The translations under genes were made by a program, and so were the position numbers. A stretch of 64,000 nt of DNA from Octopus vulgaris. Lineage: Eukaryota. Shown here in pieces: positions 10,143 through 25,058 of this stretch. The stretch spans positions 71,610,001 through 71,674,000 of the forward strand of contig OX597828.1 of NCBI GenBank assembly GCA_951406725.2, given 5' to 3'. A model generated the notes under the pieces. That model was not told where the DNA came from, made no database searches, and was given only the letters and a program-made list of their open reading frames with translations. Each line of letters begins with the position of its first letter. Position 1 is the stretch's first letter.

Positions 10143-12210
10143 GTGTAATGTCAGTGTTCATAATCGTCAGAGTGTAAGTTCCTTGAGAGAAAAGCTGAAC
10201 CTAAGAAGCGTCAGTTGTGGCGTGCAAGAGAGACGGCTGCGCTGGTATGGTCATGTGACAAGAAAGGCTGAAGATAGTTGTGTGCAAAAGTGCTACACCC
10301 TAGCAGTGGAGGGAACCTGTGGAAGAGGTAGACCCAGGAAAACCTGGGACGAGGTGGTGAAGCACGACCTTCGAACTTTAGGTCTCACTAAGGAAATGTC
10401 TAGAGACCGAGACCTATGGAAGTATGCTGTGCATGAGAAGACCCGGCAAGACTAGTCAGGCCATAACCCGTGGCCCCGACCTGGGACGTAGTCAGTCCTG
10501 TGCATACCTTCCTTCTTGTGACACTTATGAAGACCTGTTGAGGCAAGTGAAAATCAAATCAAATCAAATTAAAACAAATCAAATAGATGAACATCAGTGG
10601 AATTGTATTCTTTGTGGTACCAGTGCCGGTGGCACACAAGAAAACCACCCAAACATGGCCGTAACCAGTACCGCATCGACTGGCCTCCGTGCTGTGGGCA
10701 CAACAAACACCATCCGATCGTGGCCGTTCGCCAGCCTCATCTGGCACCTGTGCCGGTGGCACATAAAGACACCATCCGAAGACCCGGCGACGTAGTCAGT
10801 CCACCTGTGCATACCTTCCCTCTTATGACACTTGTGAAGACCTGTTGAGGCAAGTGTGTGACACTGGTGGAGACCTGTTGAGGCAAGTGTGTGACCCTTG
10901 TGAAGACCTGTTGAGGCAAGTGAAAATCAAACCAAATCAAAATAGATGAATATCAATGGAATTTGTATCTTTGTGGTTCCAGTACAGGTGGCACACAAGA
11001 AAACCATCCGAACGTGGCCGTAGCTGGTACCGCATCGACTGGCCTCCGTGCTGTGGGCACAACAAACACCATCTGATCGTGGCCGTTCGCCAGCCTCACC
11101 TGGCACCTGTGTCGGTGGCACATAAAAACACCATCCAAAGACCCGGTGACGTAGTCAGTCCACCTGTGCATACCTTCCCTCTTATGACACTTGTGAAGAC
11201 CTGTTGAGGCAGAGGCAAGTGTGTGACACTTTGTGAAGACCTGTTGAGGCAGAGGCAAGTGTGTGACACTTGTGGAGACCTGTTGAGGCAAGTGTGTGAC
11301 ACGCGTGACACTTGTGAAGACCTGTTGAGGCAAGTGAAAATCAAAAAATCAAAATCAAAATCAAACCAAATCAAAATAGATGAACATCAATGGAATTTGT
11401 ATCTTTGTGGTTCCAGTACCGGTGGCACACAAGAAAACCATCCGATCGTGGCCGTTCGCCAGCCACATCTGGCACCTGTGTCGGTGGCACATAAAGACAC
11501 CCGTGGCCGTTCGCCAGCCACATCTGGCACCTGTGTCGGTGGCACATAAAGACACCATCCGAAGACCCGGCGACGTAGACAGTCCACCTGTGCATACCTT
11601 CCTTCTTGTGACACTTGTGAAGACCTGTTGAGGCAAGTGAAAATCAAATCAAATCAAATCAAAATAGATGAACATAAATGGAATTTGTATCTTGTGGTAC
11701 CAGTGCCGGTGGCACACACAAGAAAATCATCCGAACGTGGCCGTAGCCAGTACCGCATAGACTGGCCTCCGTGCTTTGGGGACGTAACAAACACCATCCG
11801 ATCGTGGCCGTCCGCCAGCCTCATCTGGCACCTGTGTCGGTGGCACATAAAAACACCATCCGAGCGTGGCCGTCTGCCAGCCTCGTCTGGCACCTGTGTC
11901 GGTGGCACATAAAAACACCATCCGAGCGTGGCCGTCTGCCAGCCTCGTCTGGCACCTGTGTCGGTGGCACATAAAAACACCATCCGAGCGTGGCCGTTCG
12001 CCAGCCTCGTCTGGCACCTGTGTCGGTGGCACATAAAATCACCCACTACACTCTCGGAGTGGTTGGCGTTAGGAAGGGCATCCAGCTGTAGAAACACTGC
12101 CAGATCTGACTGGCCTGGTGCAGCCTTCGGGCTCCCCAGACCCCAGTTGAACCGTCCAACCCATGCTAGCATGGAAAACGGACGCTAAATGATGATGATG
12201 ATGATGATGA
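10143..12210 (+). mobile_element. 5'-truncated RTE-clade LINE: ORF C-terminus, internally tandem-duplicated 3' region and (GAT)n tail
   Basis: RRLRWYGHV...EGTCGRGRPRKTWDEVVKHDL...DRDLWK is the typical RTE C-terminus (stop at 10455); GC-rich 3' region ends in (ATG)n at ~12189-12211. Confidence 0.9.
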
Positions 12211-12486
12211 TGTATATATATATATGTATGTATATATATATATGTATGTATATATATATATGTATGTATATATATATATATATGTATGTACATATACGTA
12301 TGTATATATGCATATATATATTATATTATATCATATTATATTATATTATATTATATTATATATATATTATATTATATTATATATATATTATATTATATTA
12401 TATATATATTATATATATATATATATTACATTATATATATATATATTATATTATATTATATATATATTATATATATATATATATAT

Positions 12487-13190
12487 ACTTTGGTACTTTG
12501 ATACTTTGATAGGTTTCGGCCATTATTGGCCCAGGCCATGTCTAACTTAATAGCACCACCTGGTGAAGTCTTTCAAGTCAGAATTTTGGCACTATGGCCC
12601 ACTCAAGTAGAGAGTTATTGTTTACAGAGACATATCCGGGTGTAGGGGGTTTATCCGGGATTTCTTGAAGGAATCTGTCCAAAGACTTCTTGAACCCTAT
12701 AGGGTCAGTTTCTGTTTTAATGTGTTTTGGTGTAATGTTAAAGAGAGCGGGGCCAATTGAGGTGAAATAATTGTGCCGTATTGTTGTTATGAGATGAGAG
12801 TGCGATTTTTGTTTTGGGCGGATGGCACGGGGCCCAAGCCTTGGATGTACCTTAAAGGTGATGCCAACATCATTTGGGCAATGCTGATGGAATATTTTCC
12901 ACATCATGCAGATGATGTAGCGCTCACGACGACGTTGGAGAGAATAGAGTTTTAGCTTTTCTAGTCGACCCCAATAGTCGAGGCCTGTCATGCCATCTAT
13001 CTTTTTTGTGATTGCCCTTTGAGGTGCTTCAACTTTTATGATACCTTGTATTGTGTGGGGAGACCACAGTGGACAACAGTATTCAAGGTGGGGTCGGGCA
13101 AAAGTGGAGAAGAGAAGGATAATGGTGTGGATATCTCTCGACTGGAAAGTTCTGAGAATCCAGGAACACATTCTGCGGGCCATGTCAACT
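12487..13190 (-). mobile_element. 5'-truncated CR1-clade LINE 3' end
   Basis: Open 201-aa frame with [13 protein letters not shown]...QRAITK...RLEKLKLYSLQRRRERY; short 3'UTR with a GGCC...GGCC stem and an (ATCAAAGT)n octamer tail; inserted in (TA)n. Confidence 0.9.
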
Positions 13191-13205
13191 TTATATATAT
13201 ATTAC

Positions 13206-13265
<60 letters not shown>

Positions 13266-13293
13266 GATAAATCTCAGAGCGAGTTATGCATCA

Positions 13294-13350
<57 letters not shown>

Positions 13351-14139
13351 TACATACATACATACATGTAAGGATAAGCATATTAAAAGAGGTCCGTAGG
13401 AAAACTCATTTAAATAAGAGGGTCGGGAACCACTGTTGGGAACCATTGCACTAGAAGAATGTGACACCATGGCACATTATGCCATGAGCTGCCATGAGCT
13501 GACACTGGAGAAATATTGTAGATCGTTTACCATTTATCTGTTAACTGCTTCAGTCATTGGACTGCGGCCATGCTGGGGCACCGTCTTCAAGGGTTGTAGT
13601 TGAACTAATTGGCCTTAGTGTTTGTATATATTTTTAAAGCCTGGTACTTATTCTATCAATCAGTGTTTGCTGAACCGCTAATGTCAATGGAAAGTAAATA
13701 AAATGTGTGTCTCTGTGTTTATATACATACATGCGTAGGTAAATATTCTTATGCATTTAGCAATATCAGTAGTGAGATACGAACTCTCGATCCTCTGGTT
13801 GATAGATTATATCGACTCAGTTCGTTCCACGGCCCATCTCCCACACCTGCTACATCACCAGCATCTCTGTCTTTGAAAATATTCTTGGAACTAACGATTT
13901 ACCAAATCTGAACGTTAATTGTAGTTACTGGGATATTCTTGGCTTTTAACGTGTAAAAATGCTTGGCTTCGGCAAGAAAATTGTTGCTTAGAAAAACAGC
14001 AATGGATATTGTTGTTGCTGTTGTTGTTGTTGTTGTTGTTGCTGTTTTTTTCATGGTAAACCAAAAATATAAAAAATTAAAATTAATTCTTTAAAATAGC
14101 AACGCTTTATAATTTTCCGTGCTTTTTATTGGCGATACT

Positions 14140-14390
14140 GGCGATGATGATGATGATGATAGTGACGGTGGTGGTGATGATGGTGGTTATGATGGTAGTG
14201 GTGGTGGTTATGAAGATGATGGTAATGATGATGATGATAATGATGATGACGACGATGATGATGTTGATGATGATGTTATTGGTGGTGGTGATTGTGACGA
14301 TGACGGCACTGCTGATGATTACGATGATGGTGATAATGATGACGACGACGACAACGACGACGATGGTGGTGATGATGATGATGATGACGT
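14140..14390. repeat. Degenerate (GAT/GGT/GAC)n trinucleotide tract
   Basis: Direct inspection. Confidence 0.9.
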
Positions 14391-14829
14391 TGGTTAGTTT
14401 GATAATAACACTGTGTAAATTGCTTCTGCTTCTACTATCTGTTGGTGCCATACCAAAAGGAAACCATTTAGCAAAATAATAATCGATTGGAGATTTTTTT
14501 TTTCTTTTTGAAAAACAAACGCCCATTGAGAGTTATTCCATTGTAAAAATGGTTGCTGAAGTTCCACAATCCTTCAATTTCAATTTCATAGCAAAAAAAC
14601 CCAAAAAAACAAAGAAAAAAAGAAAACACAAAAAAGAAAAAAAACCGACAAAAAATTACCATAAAGACGTAATTGTAATGTATAATTTGTAAAATTTATT
14701 TTTATTTTATAATTTCACGTTTTGTTTTATTTTCAACATATTGAATTTCAAATTTATTTCCAACTTAAAAAAAAAATCCTTTGAATAAAATTTCGAATGA
14801 TTGGTTGATTGGTTCGTTGAAGATCGATA

Positions 14830-15070
14830 TTTTAAACGATTTACAGGTTGAGCGACGAAATATTATTTCGAATATTTTAATCTAGTTTCGTTAAAGTTCT
14901 TGGAAGAGGCATGAACACCACAGCCTCTCCTTCGAGTCAACGGACCTGATTTTAAACGATTTACAGGTTAAATTACGAAATATTGTTTCGAATATTTTAA
15001 TGTAGTTTCGTTAATGATCTTGGAAGTGGCATGAACGCCACAGCCTCTCCTTCAAGTCAATGGACTTGAT
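14830..15070. repeat. Tandem duplication, 2 x 120 bp
   Basis: TTTAAACGATTTACAGGTT...CACAGCCTCTCCTTC.AGTCAA.GGAC.TGAT repeated at an exact 120-bp offset. Confidence 0.9.
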
Positions 15071-15978
15071 TACACTATGATAGGTGATTCTATTAACTCT
15101 AATTATCACGTGACTGCGCGAGCTAAATCTCATATTTTCAGTTTTCATGGACGGACCATGGCTGAATGGTTCAGAAGTTTTCTTCGCTATCAAAGTTGCC
15201 GAGTTTAATTCCATTTTGTGGCAGATTGAGCAAGTGTCATCTTCTACGACCTCGGGTCAACCCAAGCCCCGTGACGGAAATTAGGTGGAAGGAATCAAAG
15301 CCTCTTTGGTTGATTGAACCGGCAATCCATTGTACATTTTTGTCAAGCTGTCTCTCACTGATTCTGGCCCAGGATTACATAAAAGGCACTCGTGTCCCTG
15401 GAATAGTCAGCTACTTATGCAGTGATTCAATGAGCAGGTAATTCAGTCGGCCAAAAATCTGAATGTTCATCGTCGAAACCGACCAAGATCCGTGATTATT
15501 TTCTATGTCATTAATTCGTTCACTTAGAAATAAACGAATGCCACGAACTTATTAAATATAACAGCAATAAGGTCTCAAAACATGAGGTTTGGTATTCGAA
15601 GAATGGAAATGATTTTCTTTCAGAATCAGTTGAGAATCTCACTGATAAAATATGGAGCAAGATCTTGCTCCAGCTGGCCAGAAAGTATGCTACGTATAAA
15701 CGAACAAAGTAGATCAGTGTTTTGAATACATCTGTAAGAGATGTTACGCTCTCACTATTCCCCGTCTCTGTTTGTCTGTCTGTATGCTATTCCATGAGGG
15801 TAAAATCAGCCCCCCAACCCAAAGTACTCCATCTGGTGAGAGATGAATTTTATCTAAGAGCCTGAGATTGCGTGAAGGCAGCAGATGTGTTATAAAAAGT
15901 TGTCTGAGTTGTTTTCCTTGCATGAAACTATTAGTAGCTCAAAAATATATACTGTGTTTATTAGATAATACATATATA

Positions 15979-16029
<51 letters not shown>

Positions 16030-16493
16030 CATCGTTTTCTCTCTAATTCTTTCTCTAATTCCCTTTTTTCTCCCTTTCCCCGTTTTCTATCTGTCTCTCT
16101 TTTTCCTTTTCTCTCTCTCGTTGCTCACACGTTACCATCGCCCATCTTTCTTTTCTTTCAGAAGTGTCCTAAGGACTAGATATATCCTATTTCTCTCTTC
16201 TATCTTTTCTCTTGTCAAAGAAAATATTTCTCCAGCGTTCACCATTTTACCTTCGTTCTGATCTAACGACCCTCCATGTTTGTTCACGTTCGGTTTCCTT
16301 GTATGTCTCCACCGTCCTGATTTTGTTCCCAAATTTGACCATCCATAAATCGAAAAATTTATTTTGGTACTTATGGGAACAACTGTCTTCGAGACTCATA
16401 TTGTCGTTCAATGCTCGAAATGAGGAGTAGATAGACAACTGACAACTGATGAAGGGTCGTTCTTTATGTTACTTGTCCTGTTTTACATTTGTT

Positions 16494-16497
<4 letters not shown>

Positions 16498-16544
<47 letters not shown>

Positions 16545-16558
16545 TATATATATAAATG

Positions 16559-16616
<58 letters not shown>

Positions 16617-16634
16617 TATATATATATAAATGTG

Positions 16635-16669
<35 letters not shown>

Positions 16670-16703
16670 TATATATATATAAATGTATATATATATATAA
16701 ATG

Positions 16704-16765
<62 letters not shown>

Positions 16766-16766
16766 A

Positions 16767-16826
<60 letters not shown>

Positions 16827-16914
16827 GTATATATAAATGTATATATATATATATAAATGTATATATATATATAAATGTATATATAAATGTATATATATAT
16901 ATATATAAATGTAT

Positions 16915-16947
<33 letters not shown>

Positions 16948-17008
16948 AATGTATATATATATATATAAATGTGTATATATATATATATATAAATGTATAT
17001 ATATATAA

Positions 17009-17088
<80 letters not shown>

Positions 17089-17182
17089 GTATATATATAT
17101 AAATGTATATATATATATATAAATGTATATATATATATATATATATATAAATGTATATATATATATGTATATATATATATAA

Positions 17183-17213
<31 letters not shown>

Positions 17214-17375
17214 AATGTATATATATATGTATATATATATATAAATGTATATATATATATGTATATATATATATAAATGTATATATATATATGTATATAT
17301 ATATATATAAATGTATATATATATGTATATATATATATAAATGTATATATATATATGTATATATATATATAAATG

Positions 17376-17407
<32 letters not shown>

Positions 17408-17482
17408 TATAATATATATATATACATGCATATATATATATGTGTGTGTGTGTATGTATATACGTGTACGTATGTATATATA

Positions 17483-17528
<46 letters not shown>
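16498..17528. repeat. (TA)n array punctuated by AAATG
   Basis: Direct inspection. Confidence 0.95.
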
Positions 17529-17530
<2 letters not shown>

Positions 17531-17531
<1 letters not shown>

Positions 17532-17808
17532 GACCAATTCGTCGGTTACGACAACGAGGGCCCCAACTGATACGATCAACGGAACAACTTGCTCGTGAAA
17601 TTAACGTGCAAGTGGCTGAGCACTCCACAGACACGTGTACCCTTAACGTTGTTCTCAGGGACATTCAGCGTGACACAGAGTGTGACAAAGCTGGTTCTTT
17701 GAAATAAAGGTACCAACGTGAAATAAAGTGTCTTGCTCAAGGACACAACGCGTCGCCGGGAATTGAACTCATGACCTGACCATCGTCAGCCGAATGTCCT
17801 AACCACTA
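17531..17808 (-). mobile_element. SINE family C (internally deleted)
   Basis: Reverse complement matches 3768-4090. Confidence 0.8.
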
Positions 17809-18117
17809 GCAATTACCCAAGGTGCCACGCAGTGGGACTGAACCCAGAACCATTTGGTTGGGAAGCAAGCCTCTATGTATATATATATATATATTTGGTT
17901 GGGAAGCAAGCCTATATGTATATATATGTACATATATATGTATATACATACACATGTATATGTATATATGTATATATATGTATATGTATCTATCTATATA
18001 TGTATGTATTTATATATATATGTATTTATATATATGAATGTATATATATATGTATATATGCATATATATGTAAATATGCATGTATGTATATCTCTATATA
18101 TATGTATATATGCACGC

Positions 18118-18154
<37 letters not shown>

Positions 18155-18173
18155 ATATATATATATATAACAA

Positions 18174-18272
<99 letters not shown>

Positions 18273-18352
18273 TATGTATATATATCAATATATATACATA
18301 TATATCAATATATATACATATATATATAAACATATATGTATGTATATATATA

Positions 18353-18428
<76 letters not shown>

Positions 18429-18750
18429 AAACTTCTTATGATAGCATGAAATTGTATATATCTTAATTTGTATATTTCATAATTTGTACGATAGCATGAA
18501 ATTAAAACATTATCATTGACTCCTTAGATATGTTTTCCACAATCAAAACCGGTTGACTCTGTAAATATCTTATTTCATAAAAAAAATATATAAATATTTT
18601 GTCCAAAATAAAATTTCTGTTATACACCTTAACATGAAAATTTCTTAAAAGTTATTAATTATTTATAAAAAAAACCCAACTTCCTTAATGTGGATTGCAC
18701 TTTATACGTGTTTTTGGAAATATTGGTCAGCGAAAACGCTTGTGCGCGCG

Positions 18751-18816
<66 letters not shown>

Positions 18817-19018
18817 TGTGTGTGTGTGTGTGTGTGTAACTGGAAATTTATACAAAATATTCAGAAATATGTGTTGTAATTATTTATAGGCGCAGGCGTG
18901 AGTGTGTGGTAAGTAGCTTGCTTACCAACCACATGGTTCAGTCCCACTGCATGGCACCTAGGGAAAGTGTCGGGCCGACCAAAGCGTTGTGAGTGGATTT
19001 GGTAGACGGAAACTGCCG

Positions 19019-19077
<59 letters not shown>

Positions 19078-19080
<3 letters not shown>

Positions 19081-19457
19081 TTATATATAAAAGTGAAGTT
19101 GTGTGTCTGTCTCCTACGATTTAGATTCCTAACTACTCCCACATTTTGCGGTGCAGTTTAACCAAAACCGGGTATCTTATAGTCGTGATTCATATCGAGC
19201 CCTTCTGGGTATTAGCGCGTGTCTAAGATGAGTCTACGATTAAAAAAAAAAATTTACCATCATTTTTTTCGCTATTATATAAGGGAAGTAACTCTCTAAA
19301 AATGTCTACGATGAGTCAACGATTAAAAAAAAATTTACCATAATTTTTTTTTCCATTTTTAATGCATTTTTTTGCTATATTTTGGCTATAACCCTCTAAA
19401 AATGCTTATATAGTTATTTCCCTTACAAACCCGAGCAACGCCGGGCGATATTCCTTG
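19078..19457 (+). mobile_element. Non-autonomous Helitron, copy 2 (3' end CTTG), lying between two oppositely oriented SINE B heads
   Basis: Near-identical to 4138-4532 with internal indels; hairpin present; SINE B fragments at 18888-19020 (+) and 19495-19657 (-). Confidence 0.85.
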
Positions 19458-19884
19458 TATATATATATATATATATATATATAAACAGACACGTATACGA
19501 CAGGTTTCGTTTCCGTCTACCAAATCCACTTACAAAGCTTTGGTTGGCCCGAGGCTAGAGTAGAAGACACTTGCCCAAGGTGCCACGCAGTAGGACTGAA
19601 TCCAGGAGCATATGGTTGGGAAGCAAGCTTCTTATCACAAAGCCATTCCCGCGCCTAATTTAGTTTATTCTATTGACATAAAAATAAATAAAAGGTGAAG
19701 TCGACCTGTGAGTGATTTGAACCCAAGTCGTTTTAAAGAGCCAGACAAAGGATCACTAGACTGTCTCATCGTCCCAGAATCTCTGCAGGTAACACAGCCA
19801 CAGCGCATGCGTGTATATCATCATCATTGCAGGATACCAAATCTTCCACGCATTTCCGTGCTGACATCCGATCGATTTCATAAA

Positions 19885-20277
19885 TCTTTATATATAAAAG
19901 TAAGGTTGTGTGCTGTCTGTCTCCTACGATTTAGATTCCTAACTCCTCCCACATTTTGCGGTGCAGTTTAACCAAAACCGGGTATCTTATAGTCGTGATT
20001 CATATCGAGCCCTTCTGGGTATTAGCGCACGTCTACGATGAGTTTACGATTGAAAAAAAAAATTACCATCAATTTTTCCCATTTTTAATGCATTTTTGGT
20101 ATATATAAGGGAAGTAACTCTCTAAAAATTTATTAAATATCAGAACGTAAAAAGCTACAGTAACAACCCCCCTTTGTGGTTAGCCATATTGAGATGGCTA
20201 TTATACTTTACATCTCTAAAAATGGTTATATAGTTAATTCCCTTACAAACCCGAGCAACGCCGGGCGATAATGCTAG
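19885..20277 (+). mobile_element. Non-autonomous Helitron, copy 3
   Basis: A|TC start, the same hairpin, CTAG|T end. Confidence 0.9.
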
Positions 20278-20378
20278 TCGTAGACAAAATCCCTTTTATA
20301 CAAAAGTGAAAGAACAAGCGATCCGGCGTATTCAGGTGAAAACTGGTTCAAAGCAGAATGGTCAGGTGGCAAAATATA

Positions 20379-20495
20379 ACGGAAGTGAGATGTATGCGTT
20401 CATCACCCTCGCTCGGCTTTTAGGAGTAGTTTTTTGTTTCAGTCTAGTTCTGGCTGAGATTAAGTATACCGGAAGTAACATTCGCCCACTTCCTG
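20379..20495. promoter_or_regulatory. Cluster of three ETS-type sites
   Basis: ACGGAAGTG at 20379, ACCGGAAGTA at 20468 and CACTTCCTG at 20487, in unique CpG-containing sequence. Confidence 0.3.
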
Positions 20496-20660
20496 TTCAC
20501 TTGCGCAGACGTGACTGAATGGTAAGAAGTTTGCTTCCCAACCACATGGTTCCGGGTTCAGTCCCACTGCGTAGCATCTTGGGCAAGTGTCTTCTTCTAT
20601 AGCCTCGGGCAGACCAATCTTTGTGAATAGATTTGATGGACGGAAACTGAAAGAAGCGCG

Positions 20661-20760
<100 letters not shown>

Positions 20761-21074
20761 GATGATGATGATGATGATGATGATGATGGTAATGAAGATA
20801 ATTGGTATGATGAATTTGAATATGAAATTGATGGTGATGATGTTGATGATGATGAGGATGATGATGACGATGATGATGATACTAGTAGTAGTCCTAGAAG
20901 CGAAATAAGTGCCAAATTCCTTGTTCCGTTGGCCAAAACTAATTCTCTTCTCACTTCTTATTCTTTCTCGTCTCCAGTTCTGTTGTTGCAGCCTTGATTC
21001 TTTTTCTTGATTCTTTTTCTTCAGTTTTTTCCAATAAAAAAATTGGTCGAAGAGCAACAGGAAGTATAAATGGC

Positions 21075-21470
<396 letters not shown>

Positions 21471-21786
21471 CGGTGGATGGGTGGGAGGAAGAAGAGTATC
21501 GATGAGAAAATATGATGGAAGAATGGCGAAGAGAAAGTTCTGTGGAGAATCTCGTCAATTACCAAAATTGTTCCATCAATCTAAGCAGCGCCATTAATGA
21601 GATGAAATAGCTTCGAAAATAGTTTTAACAATTCCAGGAATTGAGGAAAATGGTCGATGGTTTAGTATTATTAACAGGTTAACATAGATTTAATGTATCG
21701 ATACATCTATGTCTGTCTGTGTGTCTGTCAGCCTCTGCGTATCTACCCAGTTACCCACCCGTCTATCTTTCTATCTATATATGTAT

Positions 21787-21818
<32 letters not shown>

Positions 21819-22377
21819 ACTCTCTCTATCTTTCTATCTGTCTGTCTGTCTGTCTCTTTAATAAATAATTCATCACAGATAGAATTATATGAAATAAAAC
21901 GATTTATTTTATCTTCGTATTCCCCCTCCCCCCATTCCCATTTCTCTCATCTTCATCTCTCCTTCTCTCTTTTTCTCTCTCTCTTCTCTTCCTGTCCTCT
22001 CACTATTCTTTCTCTCTTCCCTTTCTTCTCTATAACTCTCCTTCCTATCTCTATTCTGCTCTTTCCACTCCTCAGCTCTGCCACCATCTCTCTCTCTCTC
22101 TCTCAGTTCTTCAACATTTTCCCTTTCTTCTCTCTCTCTCTCTCTTTAACAACTCCCCATCGTCACTCCCTCTCTCCGATTCTCTTCCTCCACCTTTAAC
22201 TCATTATTCTCGCTCACCCTTCCTTCCTTGCTCTCCTCTTTGCTCTTCTCTCCTTCTCTCCATCCTTTTCTATCCTGTCCCCCATCTCTCTCTACTTCTT
22301 TCTCTATCGTTCTTCTTTGCTTCACCTCTCTTTCTTCCTTCCTCTTCCTTCTTCCGCCTCCTTTTTTCTCTCCCGTG

Positions 22378-23555
<1,178 letters not shown>

Positions 23556-24309
23556 AAAAAACAAAGATCTCTCTCTCTCTCTCTTCTCTTCGTCTTCTCT
23601 CTCCCTTTTCTCTTCCTCTTCTCTCTGTCTCTCTCTGTCTCTCTTCTCTTCGTCTTCTCTCTGTCTCTGTCCCTCTTTTCTCTCTGTCTCTCTCCCTTTT
23701 CTCTTCCTCTTCTCTTCGTCTTCTCTCTCTCTTTTCTCTTCGTCTTCTCTCTCTTTTCTCTTCGTCTTCTCTCTCTCTTTTCTCTTCGTCTTCTCTCTCT
23801 CTTTTCTCTTCGTCTTCTCTCTCTCTTTTCTCTTCGTCTTCTCTCTCTCTTTTCTCTTCGTCTTCTCTCTCTCTTTTCTCTTCCTCTTCTCTCTGTCTCC
23901 ATCTCTTTCTCTTTTCTCTTCATCTTCTCTCTGTCTCTCTCTCTTTTCTCTTCGTTTTCTCTCTGTCTCTGTCTCTTTTCTCTTCTCTCTGTCTGTCTCT
24001 CTCTTTTCTCTTCGTCTTCTCTCTGTCTATATTCCTACCCACCCACCTCTCTCCCACACTCTCTCTTTCATTTCCTTTGTTTTTATTCTCTCCCCACCTC
24101 TTACCCCTTCCTCTCTACTACACCCGCCATGCCACCCCTCCCCCAGCACAATATTCAGTATTCATCCGTTATTACCGATTCCAGAACTGTAATTCTGAAA
24201 AATGGTGTTGGTGGTTGTGGTGGTAGTGGTGGAATTCAATGTTTGATTTGAAGAATCGGGGAAATAATTGTTATTCAGAGAAGAGTTTTTGGCGGATTAG
24301 AAGAAGGTC

Positions 24310-24337
24310 ATGATGATGATGACGATGTTGATGATGG

Positions 24338-24371
<34 letters not shown>

Positions 24372-25058
24372 AATGCAGATAATTAGAGGAATATGAACAT
24401 GAACATGAATATGAATATGATAATGGTGATGATGATGATGATAGTGGTGGTGGTGATGATGTTGGTGATGATGATGATGATAGTGGTGGTGGTGGTGAAG
24501 ATGACGACGACAATGATAATGATAGTGATGATGATGGTGATGAGGATGACGACAACAACTAGTAGCAGCAGGAAGAAGAAGAAGCAGAAGAAGAAGAAGA
24601 AGAAGAAGAAGAAGAAGAAGAAGAAGAAGAAGAAGATGATGATGATGAAGAGGAAGAAGAAGAAGAAGCAGGAGAAGAAGAAGAAGAAGAAGAAGAAGAT
24701 GATGATGATGAAGAGGAAGAAGAAGAAGAAGCAGAAGAAGAAGAAGAAGAAGAAGAAGATGATGATGATGAAGAGGAAGGAGAAGAAGAAGAAGAAGAAG
24801 AAGAAGAAGAAGAAGAAGATGATGATGATGAAGATGAAGAAGAAGAAGAAGCAGGAGAAGAAGAAGAAGAAGCAGAAAAAGAAGAAGAAGAAGAAGAAGA
24901 AGAAGAAGAAGAAGAAGAAGAAGAAGAAGAAAAAGATGATGAAGAAGAAGAAGAAGCAGGAGAAGAAGAAGAAGAAGAAGAAGAAGAAGAAGAAGAAGAA
25001 GAAGAAGAAGAAGAAGAAGGAGAAGAAGAAGAAGAAGAAGAGCAACAACAACAATAAT
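24310..25058. repeat. (GAT)n / (GAA)n compound trinucleotide array
   Basis: Direct inspection. Confidence 0.95.

Larger units (their letters stand above)
9193..13448. mobile_element. hAT (Charlie-like) MITE expanded by nested SINE, RTE and CR1 insertions
   Basis: Left TIR CAGTGGTTCCC at 9193; right TIR GGGAACCACTG duplicated as GGGAACCATTG ending at 13448; 8-bp TSD CACTAGAC (9185-9192) / CACTAGAA (13449-13456); subterminal GGTCC repeats. Confidence 0.8.

Noticed and set aside
10830-12040. CRISPR-like appearance of the 32-bp and 62-bp repeats
   Set aside because: The repeats are contiguous with no unique spacers, lie in a eukaryotic LINE 3' region, and have no cas genes nearby.
13900-14660. 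Minus-strand ORFs (MGVCFSK..., MKKTATT...)
   Set aside because: They are dominated by trinucleotide repeats and have no convincing splice sites or recognisable domain.
16446-16490. CTGATGA as a hammerhead core
   Set aside because: No downstream GAAA or stems; it is only a repeat fragment.
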